From positions 159,898,001-159,962,000 of the forward strand of contig JBITNC010000001.1 of assembly GCA_050084985.1 (NCBI GenBank): a DNA stretch of 64,000 bases, read 5' to 3'. Every line of letters starts with the position of its first letter. The stretch's first letter is position 1. Made by a program: the position numbers and the translations under genes. Positions 12,634 through 26,587 of the stretch are shown here, one piece after another. Source of the DNA: Nageia nagi (taxonomy: Eukaryota > Plantae > Pinophyta). A model generated the notes under the pieces. The model worked only from the letters and a program-made list of their open reading frames with translations. It did not search any database and had not been told where the DNA came from.

Positions 12634-14979
12634 ATGAGTACCTGGAAGGAGAAGATCACGAAGATAATTATAAAGCCTTCTCTAATCGAGCTGCACAAGC
12701 AAGGGAGCAAGCCTTAGGATGTTGTTTTTAACAATGGTCTTAAAGATATTAGGGAAACAAAGTGGAGTCACAGTGACCCCAAGAGGATGAATGCAAACAT
12801 TGATAAATTGACAAAGGAGAAAACGTGAAATGATGTCGTCTATTCTTCTAGGCTCTTCAAAGTTGCATTGTTCCCATTTGCAGTGCCTTTCCTGGAGCTT
12901 GTATTAGCAGTGGCAAAACATTTAGATATGGAACAAAGAAAGCTCAAACATTACAGAGGTAAAGTCATAGTCGATTTCTCCTCCAAAGGAATAAAATCGT
13001 CTTTCAATTGGTCTAATAAGGGGATTGTATATGGAGAAGAACAATCCAAGACCCAAATTAACAAGCTACACAAATCTACCAATTTGGTTAGAGATTTGTT
13101 AAAGCCAAAATATTGAGAGTTAGACCATCGAAGGGTCATGGTGGTAGACAAAGTGTGGTTTCAGGAAAGCACTCCTATCTTGCTTAGCTTGTTATGCCAT
13201 GTCATCGGTCAAGACATTGATGCTCATTTTAAGAAGGAGCTTTTAGGATTTCTTCTCAAGATTGAAGAGGGAAGGAGAATAAGATGGAGAGTGGTGATTA
13301 GCAATGCGTAGATCAAACAACTTTCCTCTATCAAAACAGCAGTCAAGTTCTATATAAATTCTTACTTGGTCTATTTATTATTGCTTGGGAAAAATAGACC
13401 TAAGTCTGTAGGCATTAGAGATTTAATTGGGAAATCAGATATTCCCATTTATGTCAAGTACCCCAATTGGGAAATCAAAAACAAGTGGGAAGATGTCTAA
13501 ATGAGGACCAATAAGTGGGAGTTTGCCATTTACAAATAATTGAGTGGGCCAGGTTGGATAGAGAGGATTTCAAAGGAATCAAGGAAAGCCCTCAAAGGGT
13601 TAGTTGATTTCTACCTAGAAAAGTGTGATGTCTCTTATTTCTACCAAGTTGATTTCCACCTCCTTTGATCTTATAAAAGGGAGGTGAGGTTATCGTAAAA
13701 GCTCTCTCTCTCACTGTTGTAAAGAATTGTTGTATTTTTCAAGACTGAAGATTAATAAAGAAGACTTGATTGCTCTTATGTTGTCATTATGTTGTTATTA
13801 CTTTTATGTGGATGCTTTGTTTACAAGTTGATCAGTAAACTAGTGTTGCATGTGATTGTGATAACCTTTGTAAGTTTTGCAAGCGTTGTAAAAAGACTTA
13901 TGATTGATAGTGACGACCAATACTAGAGAATCGGTATTGATTTTTTTGTTAGGTTGATAGGATAAAGGCTTTCACTTTGTTTATTGAATTAAGATCTAGG
14001 GATATTCTAAACTGTTTTAATTTCAAGAAAGCATTGCAGCTGAAATTATCATAAGCTATTTTCTCTTACATGGTTATCAGTAAGGAGAAAGAGTTTTCCA
14101 GTTAGGAACTATTGCAAGAATTAGTTGATTTCAAGCCAGTTGAAGAAGAAGATTGAAGTGTATTGAGGACCCCCTCATTAAAAAGGAGGATTGTATAATC
14201 CTTTGATGTCCTCTTTTTCTACTAGAAGAAAAAGCGGTTAATAGAACTTAAGAAGCTAAAATTGTTGAAGGAAGGGTTGGTGGCAGTCAAGGCAGAATTG
14301 ACCAAAGAAGTGATAGTAGCAATGACACAATTTATAGAGGCCCTCTAAAAAGTCTCCATTGAAGAAGAAAATTTGAAAGGAGTTGTGACAAACAAGGTAG
14401 AGTTCCTTATAAGGTTGGAAGCACGAAAACCAAAAATTGAGAACTCCTAGGCAACAATGACTAGAAGACCAAAAGATGCTAGTTTTTCTAAAGAGTATTG
14501 GTTCCACTTGGGGTAGTGCAATAGATGAGTACCCGTTTTCAGGAAGTAAGAATATGGTGATGATCAACGATGAGGTGAACTGGTGAATGGAACGAATGGA
14601 GTATGAAGTCAAGTTCCTCGAGAAGGATACTACGATCAGGGAATTAGGTGATGTAACTACCAAAGTCGGACACCTTCTCAGGAACTTACTATTGATAGAG
14701 GATATGAATGCCTACCATATGGGGAGCCATGCTAGACACATGATAAATGTGTATGTCTAGAAGTTGGAAATGGAGCAAGTCACTTGCGAAGTGGATGACT
14801 GCATTGTGAAGAACATTGGAGCAAGATGTGTGATGGTGCACGACTTGGAGATCACAACAAAGTTTTTGGATGAAGACTTCAAAGATAAGAGTTGCAACAC
14901 TGGCGCCACAATCATAATTTATTTTAATATTATCATTAACTTATTTTTCTGCAAAATACTTAATTTTAAAAACTTTTAA
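12634..14979 (+). pseudogene. Degenerate accessory ORF of unknown function, probably retrotransposon-borne; interrupted ~13645-14200 by LTR-like DNA
   Basis: ATG 12634 is in frame with ORF 12868. Homologous to 62447-59170, e.g. GLKDIRETKWSHSDP vs GLSQINDTDWAHIDP and RELGDVTTKVGHLLRNLLLIEDMN vs RDYGTVMNEVQLMIKNFLEIEDIN. Confidence 0.7.
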
Positions 14980-16955
14980 TAATTATTATTTTATACCAAT
15001 CTTATTACTTATGAGGATTTGCTCCCACAAGTATTGAAACAAATCTTGTAATGCCATGTGGTGCCTTTTATTGGACCATACATAAATTTGTCTCATAATG
15101 AGTGTTAGGGATAGGGCAACACTTAGGGTTGCCACAAAAACTATTTATAGCTCTTAAGGACTCATTTGTTAAGGGATTAGACAATTTGCAATTTGAAGAG
15201 CTTTACAGTACTTCCTAGCAAACAAGTTGTTCAATTTGTGAATGTGGTATTTCGACTAAGTAATCAAATGGTGAATGCTCTCATTTTGGAATTATGAATG
15301 TATGTGAATATCATTAATAACATCTAAAAGCTTAAGTGGTTGAATGTTACTATCTTGTGTTACCTTGAATGTCTAGTACATTATGTAAATCTTGTTGAAG
15401 GTGGACAAAAAAGTGGTTGAATATCTCTTGAAGTATTTCAAGTAATGCTTGTTGTTGTAACAATTCATAGTTTGCATTATAGACTTGTGCACTTTGAGAT
15501 GGCTCCTTTATGTCGCTTAGCATAGGAACTTCACTCCTTAGTTGAAAGTCTACCCACGGCTTACCTTTTCACCATTACTACCTTAGCTTCATGCTCCTTT
15601 TACTAGACCATTGATGTTGTTGGCGAACAAATTGGATCAGGAGTACGTGGAACTTATAACAGGCCTAAGTGAGTTGATTCTCAAAACCTACACTAGTCGA
15701 TGAGACCATTAACATTTGTGCAAAACTCACATAAGGACACTTCAAGTCCCTGATTAACAAATTTCATTTGAGTTGGTAGTAGCTTCTAACATCCTATCCA
15801 GTGTCCTAAGTCATGTTCTTGCACATCCATCCAAGAGACCTTTAAGGTAACCAATCTGGTATTGGTTTCTTTGCGAGCCTTGCTAAGTCATTTTCCTATT
15901 TGCAAGGTAGGAAAGAAAAACTACCCAACACATATTAACTACTTTCAATAACTTTAGATATATGATAATGAACATACCCAAAACAAAGGTAATGGTGTTT
16001 AATGCTGGAATGGATAATGCATTATTGTAAAGGTTGTATTAAATCCTCTATGTAAATTCACTAATACTTAAGGGTATTATTTGATACCTTAAGTATTGTA
16101 GTGAATATAATAATATAACTTGTCCTACACTCCAAGTCATTAGCATGCCCCTTGAGTCAAAGATGTGCATGTCATGCTTAGGTCATCCAAGAGGGGATTT
16201 TGGCCTATAAATAGAAGACTACCCTTTTGTAATGATACACCAATTGTGGAGTAAAGATATGTTATAGGATAGAAATGTAAGAGTTGAGATTAGGAGAATT
16301 GTTAAAGAGTTGTATTTGTGAGAAAAGTAAAGATCTAGTTAGTAGATGTACTCCTAGTTGGAGGAACCACTTTACATCTTGTGTTGTGAGATTGCTTTAT
16401 GTATTTGTTGGATGTAATTGTGAGCTTTCATATGATCTTGGTAGTTTAGGAATTATATTGTAAGTGTTAATTCCTTCAAATTGGTATCAGAGCCACTTGG
16501 AGGCTCATCTTCATATCTTTGGTGTGGAAGCTAGATATTGGTGATCCTCACTTCTCATCCTACACTTCGTTGTTGAGGTAAAAAACAAGAGAAGGTATAA
16601 ATTAAATTCCCCTCTCTTGGTTATTTTTGGCTTATTACATTTTATTACTATATATTATTTATTACGTGTTATCCTTTCTTTTGAGCATAATATGGCTAAC
16701 AAAATTGCAAAATTTTAGTTAATGCTAATCTCTTATGATTGCTTGCAATTTTTTTAATTGCTACAAGTTTTTAAGAGAAGGGGTCATTACACAAAATTTG
16801 TGTAATCTTACAAAAGTAATATTCCAAAATATACTAAACATTAAGAAATAGGATGTAATTTTGTGCCATTTGTTTTGATACTAACCTTTTTTAAAAAACT
16901 TGTAATTATTTTTTATACATTTTGGTTAAATATGTATAAATATTAAAGTTTTAAA

Positions 16956-16964
16956 ATATATATA

Positions 16965-17054
<90 letters not shown>
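16956..17054. repeat. (TA)n microsatellite in the copia leader
   Basis: Directly visible. Confidence 0.98.
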
Positions 17055-17058
<4 letters not shown>

Positions 17059-19460
17059 AGTAATTTTTTTTAATCTTGGCATTTATATCTTCATGGGGAG
17101 GCAAATGTGAGTCCGTTAGACATCATGTAGTTACATTTTTTTTGCATTTCTTTAATCTTACACTTTATATATGGGGAGGAAAACATGATGGTATAATGAA
17201 ATTTTACTTCTGTCTTCATGAAGTAACAGTCAAATGTTTACAAACTTTTGCACACAACATGTCAAAGCTATGGCTCTTTCACCTCCACCCCTCACGGCCT
17301 GTTGCCCAACCCTTGCACGTAGAACCGATGCCTTGCTCTGGTTTATCCCACACTAGCGCCGCCCCCCCTTTTTGTTGATTGTTACCCAATTCTTTGGCTG
17401 TCTTCGCCGGTCATTCATCCCACTAGAGGGCCCTCGCACTCCTTCACCTAGCCACTGGCCCCCAGCACAGTTCCTTCTCTGCATCGCACCATGGCCGCCT
17501 ATGCTCTACTACGATTTTCCTCCTCCACGCTTAAACATCATCTTCCAGACACATGTCTCTATGGTAGACTCTTCACCTTGCTATGGACCCTCTGCCGAGT
17601 TAGGTTGGACATCATGCGCATTGGATGACGTTTCTCATGCTATTAGATCATCTTTGCAATCATTGTATGCCATCATGCGGGCTTTAGGAGGTCAACGACC
17701 CAACAACACTAATTTTGGAAATGATCATGTACTCATTCTTCTTTCTCAAATGGTTTGGATGGATCATATTTTTTTGCATAATCTACCATCCCTACTCAAT
17801 CTTCTTTGAAACTACAAGCACAAAACATTCACGCTACCATCCTATTCATCCCGCCTTTTTTAGACCACCTTCAAAGGCGGCTGTGTGGCATGGCTTTTGC
17901 GATGAGTCTCCTTTGTCATTCGCCTCCATTGGTTTAAACCAACAGCCAGACCATCGCCACACTTGCATGCACTTCCCACCGTGACCATGTCAATTCAACT
18001 ATCCTCCCTCTGCTTGCCGCCACCAACTCCCCTTTCTTCTCAACAAACCCCACTGGCCACAATTTTTTTTATTTTTCAACGCCTACCAACCTTGTGAATT
18101 TTTTTTTCAATGCTGCCCTCATTTTCCATATTGTTTTAAAGGATCTTATGTGTTTCAGTCAAAGGGGTCAGCTATGCTACGTATTTGACTTCATTTTTTG
18201 GACTTCACTTTTTGCCCTTATTTATTTTTAAATAAACAATAGGGGGAGGAATTTTTTTGACATTTTTTACTTAAAAATATTAGAATGAATGCAAATTTTT
18301 TGACTTTTTTAGAATGAATGCATACCTAAGGTTCTATATATCTCTCTAAGCATTCATTTTTTATGCAAATTAAGGGACTATTGCATGTTTACTTTTCTTT
18401 AAGAATGATGCATTCTTACTTAATTCTTTAAGCTAATGGAATGATTCAAACTTATTACTTTAAATTTTTAAAATTAAGGCAATGTATGAACTATTGCATG
18501 CTTAATTTAAAAATGATGCATTTTTACTTAATTCTTTAAGCTAATGGAAGTTATGAGGCAATTTATGAACTGTTGCATGCTTAATTTAAAAATGATGCAT
18601 TTTTACTAATGGAATGATTCAAGCTTATTACTTAAATTTTTTTTTTAAATTATGATGCAATTGATGATGGGCTTGTGCAAAATAAGAGATGTTGTAACGA
18701 TATCCTTTAAGGGTTGTGAATAAAACCCATTGGACACTTAGGTTTCAAGTTATTGAATGGATGATTGTTTTTACTTATGCTCTTTTATTTCATGTTCCGC
18801 ATTTTGATTTATTTGCTTATGCAAATAAAAACGCAAACATTGATATGAGCAACCCCCTAAAATGAACACATCCGCACGTATTTTCTACAACATGACTTGT
18901 TTGGGGAGCCACGAGGTAAGGACAGGCGAATTGGAACCTTTAAGTCCGACGATCCAAATGGTGAAAAGTTTGTACTACTTAATTGCCCCTAAGTCCTCTG
19001 TTGGTCTGGATTTAATTCCAATAGGTGGATAGTTATGTGTGTAGTGATACCACATATCCGCACGTCCATTTAAGGATTATCTTGATAACCTAGGAGGACA
19101 ACTTGAAACCTAATCAAGATTAATAATTTGGTTGATCCAATAAAAGTCAGAACCTTGGAAAATAGCTCGTACTTCTCCTTGCGAGAGTATATTGCTGCCC
19201 AAGGAAAACTGATTGAGGATTGGTAGGACTTGGGCTTTTCTTGTGTGGGCATCCAGGTGAAGGCCTAATTTTAGATAAGAAAACAAGCCTCAACAATGTC
19301 ACTCTACTTCTACGATTCTTGAGATGAGAAATGTATTTGGATACATGGGTTATTATTATTTTAATATTTGCACTTGTAAATCACATCAAGCATGTCTTTA
19401 ATGTTCATTACATGGTTTATTGAAAACACATGCTTATTATTTCAATTTTGTTTTATACAA

Positions 19461-22400
19461 ATGAGAATCTTTTTTACCCAAACACATTCTTAACGATTCC
19501 AACCATGGAATTTGGGAACTTCAAATGAAAGTCGAGTTGCAGGCAAGGAAGCTGTGGCAAATAGTGACTGAGAACATTGTACGTCCTACAGATGAGAAGG
19601 CACTAGAGGCATACAACACAAAGAATGAATTAGCAACCTCCATGATTTATCGTGTAGTTTCAGATGATATGCTCTTGATGATTTCCTCTTCAACCTCGGC
19701 AAAGGAAGCTTGGGATAAATTAAAGCAAATCTATCTTGGCTCAAATTTTTCAAGAAGGTTTACCATTCTTCAAAAATTATTTCAATCTCGTCAAGAGAAG
19801 ATGAAAGTGTAGCTATCTACGTGAACAAAAGCATTGACCTAAGAACCCAACTTGTTGCTTGTGGATGCAATTGGATCAATGATGAGTTCATGGTCTTCAT
19901 CATCCTTCAAAACCTCTTGTCAAAGTTTGGAAACTTTGTAACAGTAATAGAAACAAGGCTTGATGATAAAAAAGAAATCATCTCCCTTGAGAACCTTTCA
20001 AGGCACCTATTGAAGCATGAGGAAACCCTTGACAATAAAAGGTTGATTTCTTCTACTAAGGAGAATAATGTTGCTCTTGGAACAACCAAAATTCCTTTCA
20101 AGAAGAAGTTCAATCATTACAAGAAATCTTACCTTTCTTCCAAAAGGTTTGAGAAAAGAGGCAATGGCTACAACAGCAACAAGAATAATAGAAATAACAA
20201 ACATAGCAGCAAAAACAACGGTAACAACAATCATTTCAAGCACAGAGATGGAAAAGGCAAAACAAACACTCCTTATCTTAAGGAAAAGTTTGATGGCTAT
20301 TGTAACTATTGTGGCATACAAGGTCACAAAGAAGTTGATTGTTACCAAAAGAAAAAGGAGAAAAAATACGACTATAGAAATGTAAAGAACTACAAAGGAA
20401 AGAAAAATATGTGTCGGTTGTGCTGCGGCACTTTACTCCATGTTTTGCACTTTATCATTTGATTGGATTGTTGACTCTGGTTGCACTAATCACCTATGCT
20501 TTGAAAAGGAAAAATTTTAGATCTTTCACAAATATAATAAAGATGCAGTTGTGATAGGTGATAACTCTACTCTTGAAGTCTAAGGAATTGGAAGTGTGCT
20601 CATTCACGGAAAGGTTCTTCACAATGTTCTTTATGTTCTTAAATTAAGGATGAACCTTCTCTCTGTAACCCAAGTTGCTTAAAAAAAGTACTCTTTTCAG
20701 TTTGATTCTCAAAGCTGGTGCATTAAGAAAGGACTTGCCACTTTGGTAAAAGGATCAGTGAAAAATAACCTCTACATTATGGATCAAGTTCCATCAAAGA
20801 TTTGTTTTGCTTCTAATGTGTGTTCTAAAGGCAATCTTTGGCACCATCGTTTAAGACATCTTAACCACAAGAGTATTCAAATCATAAAAACCCAAGAACT
20901 TCTGGAAGGTTTGCCGTTAATTTCTCCTTCAGTTGGTCTATGCGAGAAGTGCATTTTTTGCAAGATGCATAGACAAAAGTTTCAAAAAGATAAGGCAACA
21001 AAAGCATCTCAACTTCTTCAACTTGTGCATTCAGATTTGATGGGTCCATTTCAAACTAAGTCGCTTGAAGGAGTGTCTTACGTCTTGACCTTCATTGATG
21101 ACCTCAATAGGATGACCTTTGGGTTTCTATTTGAGCACAAAAATCAAACTTTTGAGACTTTTAAGGTTTTTAAGGCCTTTGTTGAGAATCAAACCAACCT
21201 TAAAATCAAAATGTTGAGATCAGATAATGGGGGAGAATATAACAACAATGAGTTCAATGACTATTGTGCTACGTATGGAATCAAGAGGCAATTTACAATT
21301 CCATACATTCCTCAACAAAATGATGTTGCCAAACGAAAAAATAGAACAATCATGGAAATGGCTAGATGCATGTTGGGTAATCTTCTTAAGTTCTTGTGGG
21401 GTAAAGTTGTGAGCACTGCTATTTATACCTTGAAAAGGTGTCCCACAAAAGCTGTTCAGAATAAAACTCCTTTTGAAGCATGGTTAGAAAGAAAACTTAA
21501 CATTTCTCACCTGAAGGTGTTTGGTTGTGAAACTTTCTCCTACATTGTTTCTGAAAAAAGGAAGAAGTTGGACCACAAAGCTGGCAAATGCATCTTCATG
21601 GGTTATGAAAATCAACATAGAGGATAGAGGATTTACTCTTCCACCTATAAAGCAATATTCGTTTTAGGGGATGTAAAGTTCAATGAACTTCCTGAAGAAT
21701 CTGCTTCTAACATGGATGTTGATGATCCAGAGAACTCTTCAGATCCTCCTAACTAGTTGGATATTGATGTAAATAAGTCACCACAGGAACAAAATTCTCC
21801 AACACAAAGGGTCACAAAGAGCATGACCTTGAACAAATCCTTACTTGCCAAGATTAACAACAACCATGAGCCCTCAACCTTCAAAGAAACTTCTAAGCAC
21901 GAGTGCTGGATAGAAGCCATGAAAGTGGAGTATGAGGCACTTATGAAAAAAAAAACTTGGGATTTGGTTCTTTATCCCAATGATAAGAATGTGATTGGCA
22001 ATAAGTGGATCTACAAGGTCAAATTCAATTTCGTTGAAAATATTGAGAAATACAAGGCAAGGTTAGTAGCTAAAGGTTTTGCTTAGAAATACGGTGTAAA
22101 TTATGAGAAAACCTTTTCTCTCGTGGCAAAGATGCCTACTGTGAGAGTTCTTCTTGCTCTTTCTGTAGCTCAAAGATGGAAAGTTTTTCAACTTGACATA
22201 AAAAGTGCATTTCTCAATGGTGATTTGGATGTAGAAATATTCATGCATCAACCAGAAGGGTACATTGTTCAAGGCAAAAAGTTCGTTGTGTGCAAGCTAA
22301 AAAAGTCTTTATATGGACTTAAGCAAGCACTTCGAGCATGGTACAGAAAGATTTCAGGGTACTTTGTAGACATTGGATTCTCCAAGTGTTTTTCTAACTC

Positions 22401-23415
22401 TGATCTATATGTGCTCCATCAAGGAAAAGACGTGGTCTTGATTCTCCTTTATGTGGATGATCTTTTGATAACCGAGAACAATGATGTAATCATTCAAGAG
22501 TGCATATCCAAACTTAAGACAACATTTGAAATGACTGATCTTGGTCTCTTGCACTACTATCTTAGCATGCAAGTGTATTAATACAAAGATTGTACTTACC
22601 TCAATCAATCTAAGTATATATCAGACATCTTGTAGAAGTTTGGCATGAAGGCATGTAGATATGCTGCAATCCCAATCGCTCCTAGAATTACTGTTTCTCT
22701 AAGCTCCACCCATCAGTTAGCTGATGCTACCATTTACAGGCAATTAATTGGTAGTCTTTTGTATTTGACTATTGCTCGACCAGATATTGCCTTTGTAGTG
22801 AATCTAATGGCACGATTCATGCAAAAACCTTATGTGGAGTACCTCAATGCTGTTAAGCATATTTTGCGATATGTTGCAGGCACTAAGGATCTTGCTCTCA
22901 AGTATTCTAAGTTGCTCTCAGTTGTTCTCTCTGGATTCCCAGATTCTGATTATGGGGGTGATAGAGATGACAGGAAGTCAACCTCTGCATATGTGTTTAG
23001 CATTGGTTCAAGTGCTATCTCTTGGACTTCCAAGAAGCAATCTACTATTTCTCTTTCCACCACAAAAGCCAAATATCGTGCCATGTCTGTAGCAACCCAA
23101 GAAGCCATTTGGCTTAGGCATCTTCTGAAAGAAATTGGGTATGAGCAAGGTGGCTCATCTTTGATCTCTTCCAACAATCAGTCGACTATTTCTTTGGCTA
23201 AGAATCCAATGTTTCATTAGAGAACAAAACATGTGGAAATCCATGCCCATTTTCTAAGGGAGAAGGTTCTTGATGGCCTCCTACACCTGGAGTATTGTCC
23301 ATCCACTTTGAACTCCGTTGATTTGTTCACCAAGCCCCTCCCGAAAACTCAGTTTTGTAAGCTCAGGGCTGCTATCGGGTTGGTGAAGTTGCCCTCAAAG
23401 GGGAGTGAAGTTTGA
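19461..23415 (+). pseudogene. Copia gag-pol remnant (gag with CCHC knuckle, protease, integrase, RT, RNase H)
   Basis: Motifs CNYCGIQGHKEVDC, WIVDSG, WHHRLRH, LVHSDLMGP, RSDNGGEY, KARLVAKG, QLDIKSAFLNG, LYVDDL, DSDYGGD; multiple stops. Confidence 0.95.
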
Positions 23416-23474
23416 ATTTGTGTTGAATTCATGTTTGTGATGACAACTTCACTCCTAGGAGGATTTTATATTGT

Positions 23475-24075
23475 ATAGTGTTGATTTTGTGGTACACCTT
23501 CGTGGTAAGTTCGCTCTATGTGAGGAATTTGTTGTACAAATAGAGTTGATTTTGTTGTATACCTTCATGGTAAGTTCGCTCTGTGTGAAGAACTTGTACA
23601 AATAGAGTTGATTTTGTTGTACACCTTCGTGCTAAGTTCACTTTGCATAAGGAACTTCTTATAAAAATTGGCCAATTTTGCATTGTTCAGTTATCCATAT
23701 GTGAGGAACTCTTATGTGTCCTTTGGCACTATTCATTTATTCATATGTGAGGAACTCTTATGTGCATACTCTATTTGTAAATAATTTTGCATTATTCAGT
23801 TATCCATATGTAAGGAACTCTTGTGTCTTTTGGCACTGTTCAATTATCCATATGTGAGGAACTCTTATGTGCATACTCTATTTGTGATCAATTTTGCACT
23901 GTTCACTTATCCATATGTGAGGAACTCTTATGTGTCGTGTGGCACTGTTCAATTATCCATGTGTGAGGAACTCTCATGTGCATGATCTAGCACTGTTCAG
24001 TTATTCATGTGAGAGGAACTCTTATGTGTCTTATGGCACTGTTCAGTTATCCATATGTGAGGAACTCTTATGTGC
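23475..24075 (+). repeat. Tandem array in the copia 3' region: 3 x ~62 bp, then ~9 x GCACTGTTCAGTTATCCATATGTGAGGAACTCTTATGTG
   Basis: Units are visible, with mostly alternating short and long linkers. Confidence 0.92.
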
Positions 24076-26587
24076 TCTATTTTGTAATGATAATCAACAC
24101 AATTTATATACAGCAGGTGACTATAAGTGTTTGGCATGGTATCTTTGTGATGACTTATAGTGCACCATTGATCAGTTCATGATGGCATTTGTGTTATTCA
24201 TTTGTTCCTGTTGATATAAATATGATGCATCTAATTGATCTTGTTATTTGAGCTGCTAATGACTTGCAAGTTCCTATGAGATTGCAGGTTGCTTACCTCA
24301 AGTATGCAAGCTCTTTGAGACTTTTATGACTTCAAGTTGGATGACTACTTCATGTACATGGAAACCAATTGTGGTTAATGATTGTATTTGGCAAAGTAGT
24401 GAGTCTTAAACTAGATCTTTCTTACTTCACAAATATGTAAAAGTTCTCATCTCCGTTGTATCTATTTGGAGGAGAACTCTCTTACTTTCTCTTCTTTTTC
24501 TCTCTTACATGCTCTATCCTAATATTGCAGTAAAGGGGAGTGTTGGAATGTATAATGCATTATTGTAAAGGTTGTATTAAATCTTCTATGTAAATTCACT
24601 AATACTTAAGGGTATTATTTGATACCTTAAGTATTTTAATGAATATAACAATGTAACTTGTCCTACACTCCAAGTCATGAGCATGTCCCTTGTGTCAAAG
24701 ATGTGCATGTCATGCTTAGGTCATCCAAAGGAGGATTTTGCCCTATAAATAGAAGGCTCTCCCTTTGTAATAATACATCAATTGTGAAGTAAGGATATGC
24801 TATAGGATAGAAGTGTAGGAGTTGAGATTAGGAGAATTGTAAGAGAATTGTATTTGTGAGAGAAGTAAAGATCTAGTTAGTAGATGTACTCCTAGTTGGA
24901 GGAACCACTTTACATCTTGTGTTGTGAGATTGCTTTGTGTATTTGTTGGATGTAATTGTGAGCTTTCATATGATCTTGGTAGTTTAGGAATTATATTGTT
25001 AGTGTTAATTCCTTCATTTAATACTACCAAAGAGGCTCTTTCCCATTTTCAAGGGTGGGAAGTAGAGATGGCCACCTCTTACTTTGCACCCGAAATTTAT
25101 TTCATTGAACCCACCTTTGGAATCAAACTTGCCACCTAATCACGATTTTGTAAGTGTTATTCAACCCTCTCTCTACTTCAGAAAAGTTATTTCAGACCTC
25201 ATTTTCAGGATATTTCAATCAAGATGAAAATCTTTCAAGCTTTGATTAAGCTGACTCTAACATATGGGTAAGAGATTTGGAGTCCTAGTCTTGGAACAAC
25301 TCTATGGTCTCATGTGGAGAGAGTATAGACACTTTTTCTCCGAAGATTCATTCAATGCAAGAACATGGCCCTCACTCCATTATTCTAGTAGAATTTTGGG
25401 CCTCCCTCTTCTAAATCGAGATCATTTTTAGCATCACCACCTATCTTCATAGGATCCTCATAATTGAAGATAGCCCTTAAGGATATAGATGGTACCTGTA
25501 CTTGGCTTTACACTCCTTGATGGATTCAACACCGAGTCCATAGGGGGGTTAGAGAAGCTAGTATTCATATGTATCAACACTCTTAACTAGCGTTCATATA
25601 TAGATCGATCAATAGACTCCCTCTTTTCTCTTTGGGATCCCCTTCTTACCCCCTACCTCAAAGTAAGATGGGGGAGATTCTCAAATAGATTTGAAAGGAC
25701 ATTAGTATCCAACAAACTAGTTGCACATGGATCTCCCCTACCACCTCTCTCTCCCCTAAGTTGTCCTTCTATCATAAGCACTTCTTAGGGATAAGAGAGG
25801 GAAGTGTAGGTCCCTCATGCTACCTTCAACCACTCATCATGTATAGTCTACAAGTATCAATAGGATATATCAAGGTATTCTCCCATCAACTTTGTGTCGA
25901 ATCATATCACCACTTATTATGGGAGGAGCATATCTACCTATTTTTCCCCTTGGGAAAAGTGGAAACTCATTACAACTTTATTTTTTGGTGCCTCATCTAG
26001 TATGAGATCCAAGGCAAATTCCGTTGCCTTTTTTGGGATAATAAATGATCTCTAGCCTCCTCCTTCAAATACCTGAATCAATAATGCCTTGCACTTTACC
26101 TCAAGGAGATGATTCTACTTCAACAACAAAGGAACTCTTCGTCTAATGGCTCTCAACCTCCACACTTCAGACCCATCACAAAATACTTCACTTTACAAAT
26201 GGTTAGAGAGAGAGCATTGTATGGAAATGCCATACACCAAACCACATAAAGAGAGGCAAGATCATTAGACAACGCACACACATTTTTTATATTTTATAGG
26301 TCTTTATCTCATCATCAACATACTCAACCACATTTTTTTTATATTTTAGAGGTCCATATTTCATTATAAAGAACACTCTCCACATCATAAGGTTAGTCAA
26401 TTCTAGCATTTATCCATTTTTTAGCTAACATTTTGCTTTGAGCTCCATGTTCAACACAAATTTTCACATGTAGCCCAAAGTAAAAGGGGTAATTAATACC
26501 ATTTGCTTCTCTCTAAAAGAGCATGTTAATACAACCTCTCAAATGTCCTTTGCATTTGGGATAATGACAATATCTCAAGCCAATCTG

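Larger units (their letters stand above)
16003..25016 (+). mobile_element. Full-length degenerate Ty1/copia LTR retrotransposon with long 5' leader and 3' tandem array
   Basis: 476-bp LTRs at 16003-16478 and 24541-25016, TSD TTTAA, PBS TGGTATCAGAGCC at 16482-16494, PPT AAAGGGGAG at 24532-24540. Confidence 0.96.
15968..26200 (+). mobile_element. 5'-truncated RTE/RTEX-like LINE (15968-16002 plus 25022-~26200), split by the copia insertion
   Basis: Removing the copia restores MNIPKTKVMVF|NTTK...KMKIFQALIKLTLTYG*EIW...VERV*TLFLRR, followed by a decayed C-terminal SHQLxVE...EE...VETHxxFIFxC..YEI Cys/His-type domain. Confidence 0.75.

Noticed and set aside
19200-19270. Hammerhead ribozyme (retrozyme-like) in the copia leader
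   Set aside because: CTGATTGA does not fit the CUGANGA core, and no compatible stems with GAAA were found.
23680-24075. Repeat-spacer pattern resembling a CRISPR array
   Set aside because: The linkers are themselves repeated, the array is inside a plant copia element, and there are no cas genes.
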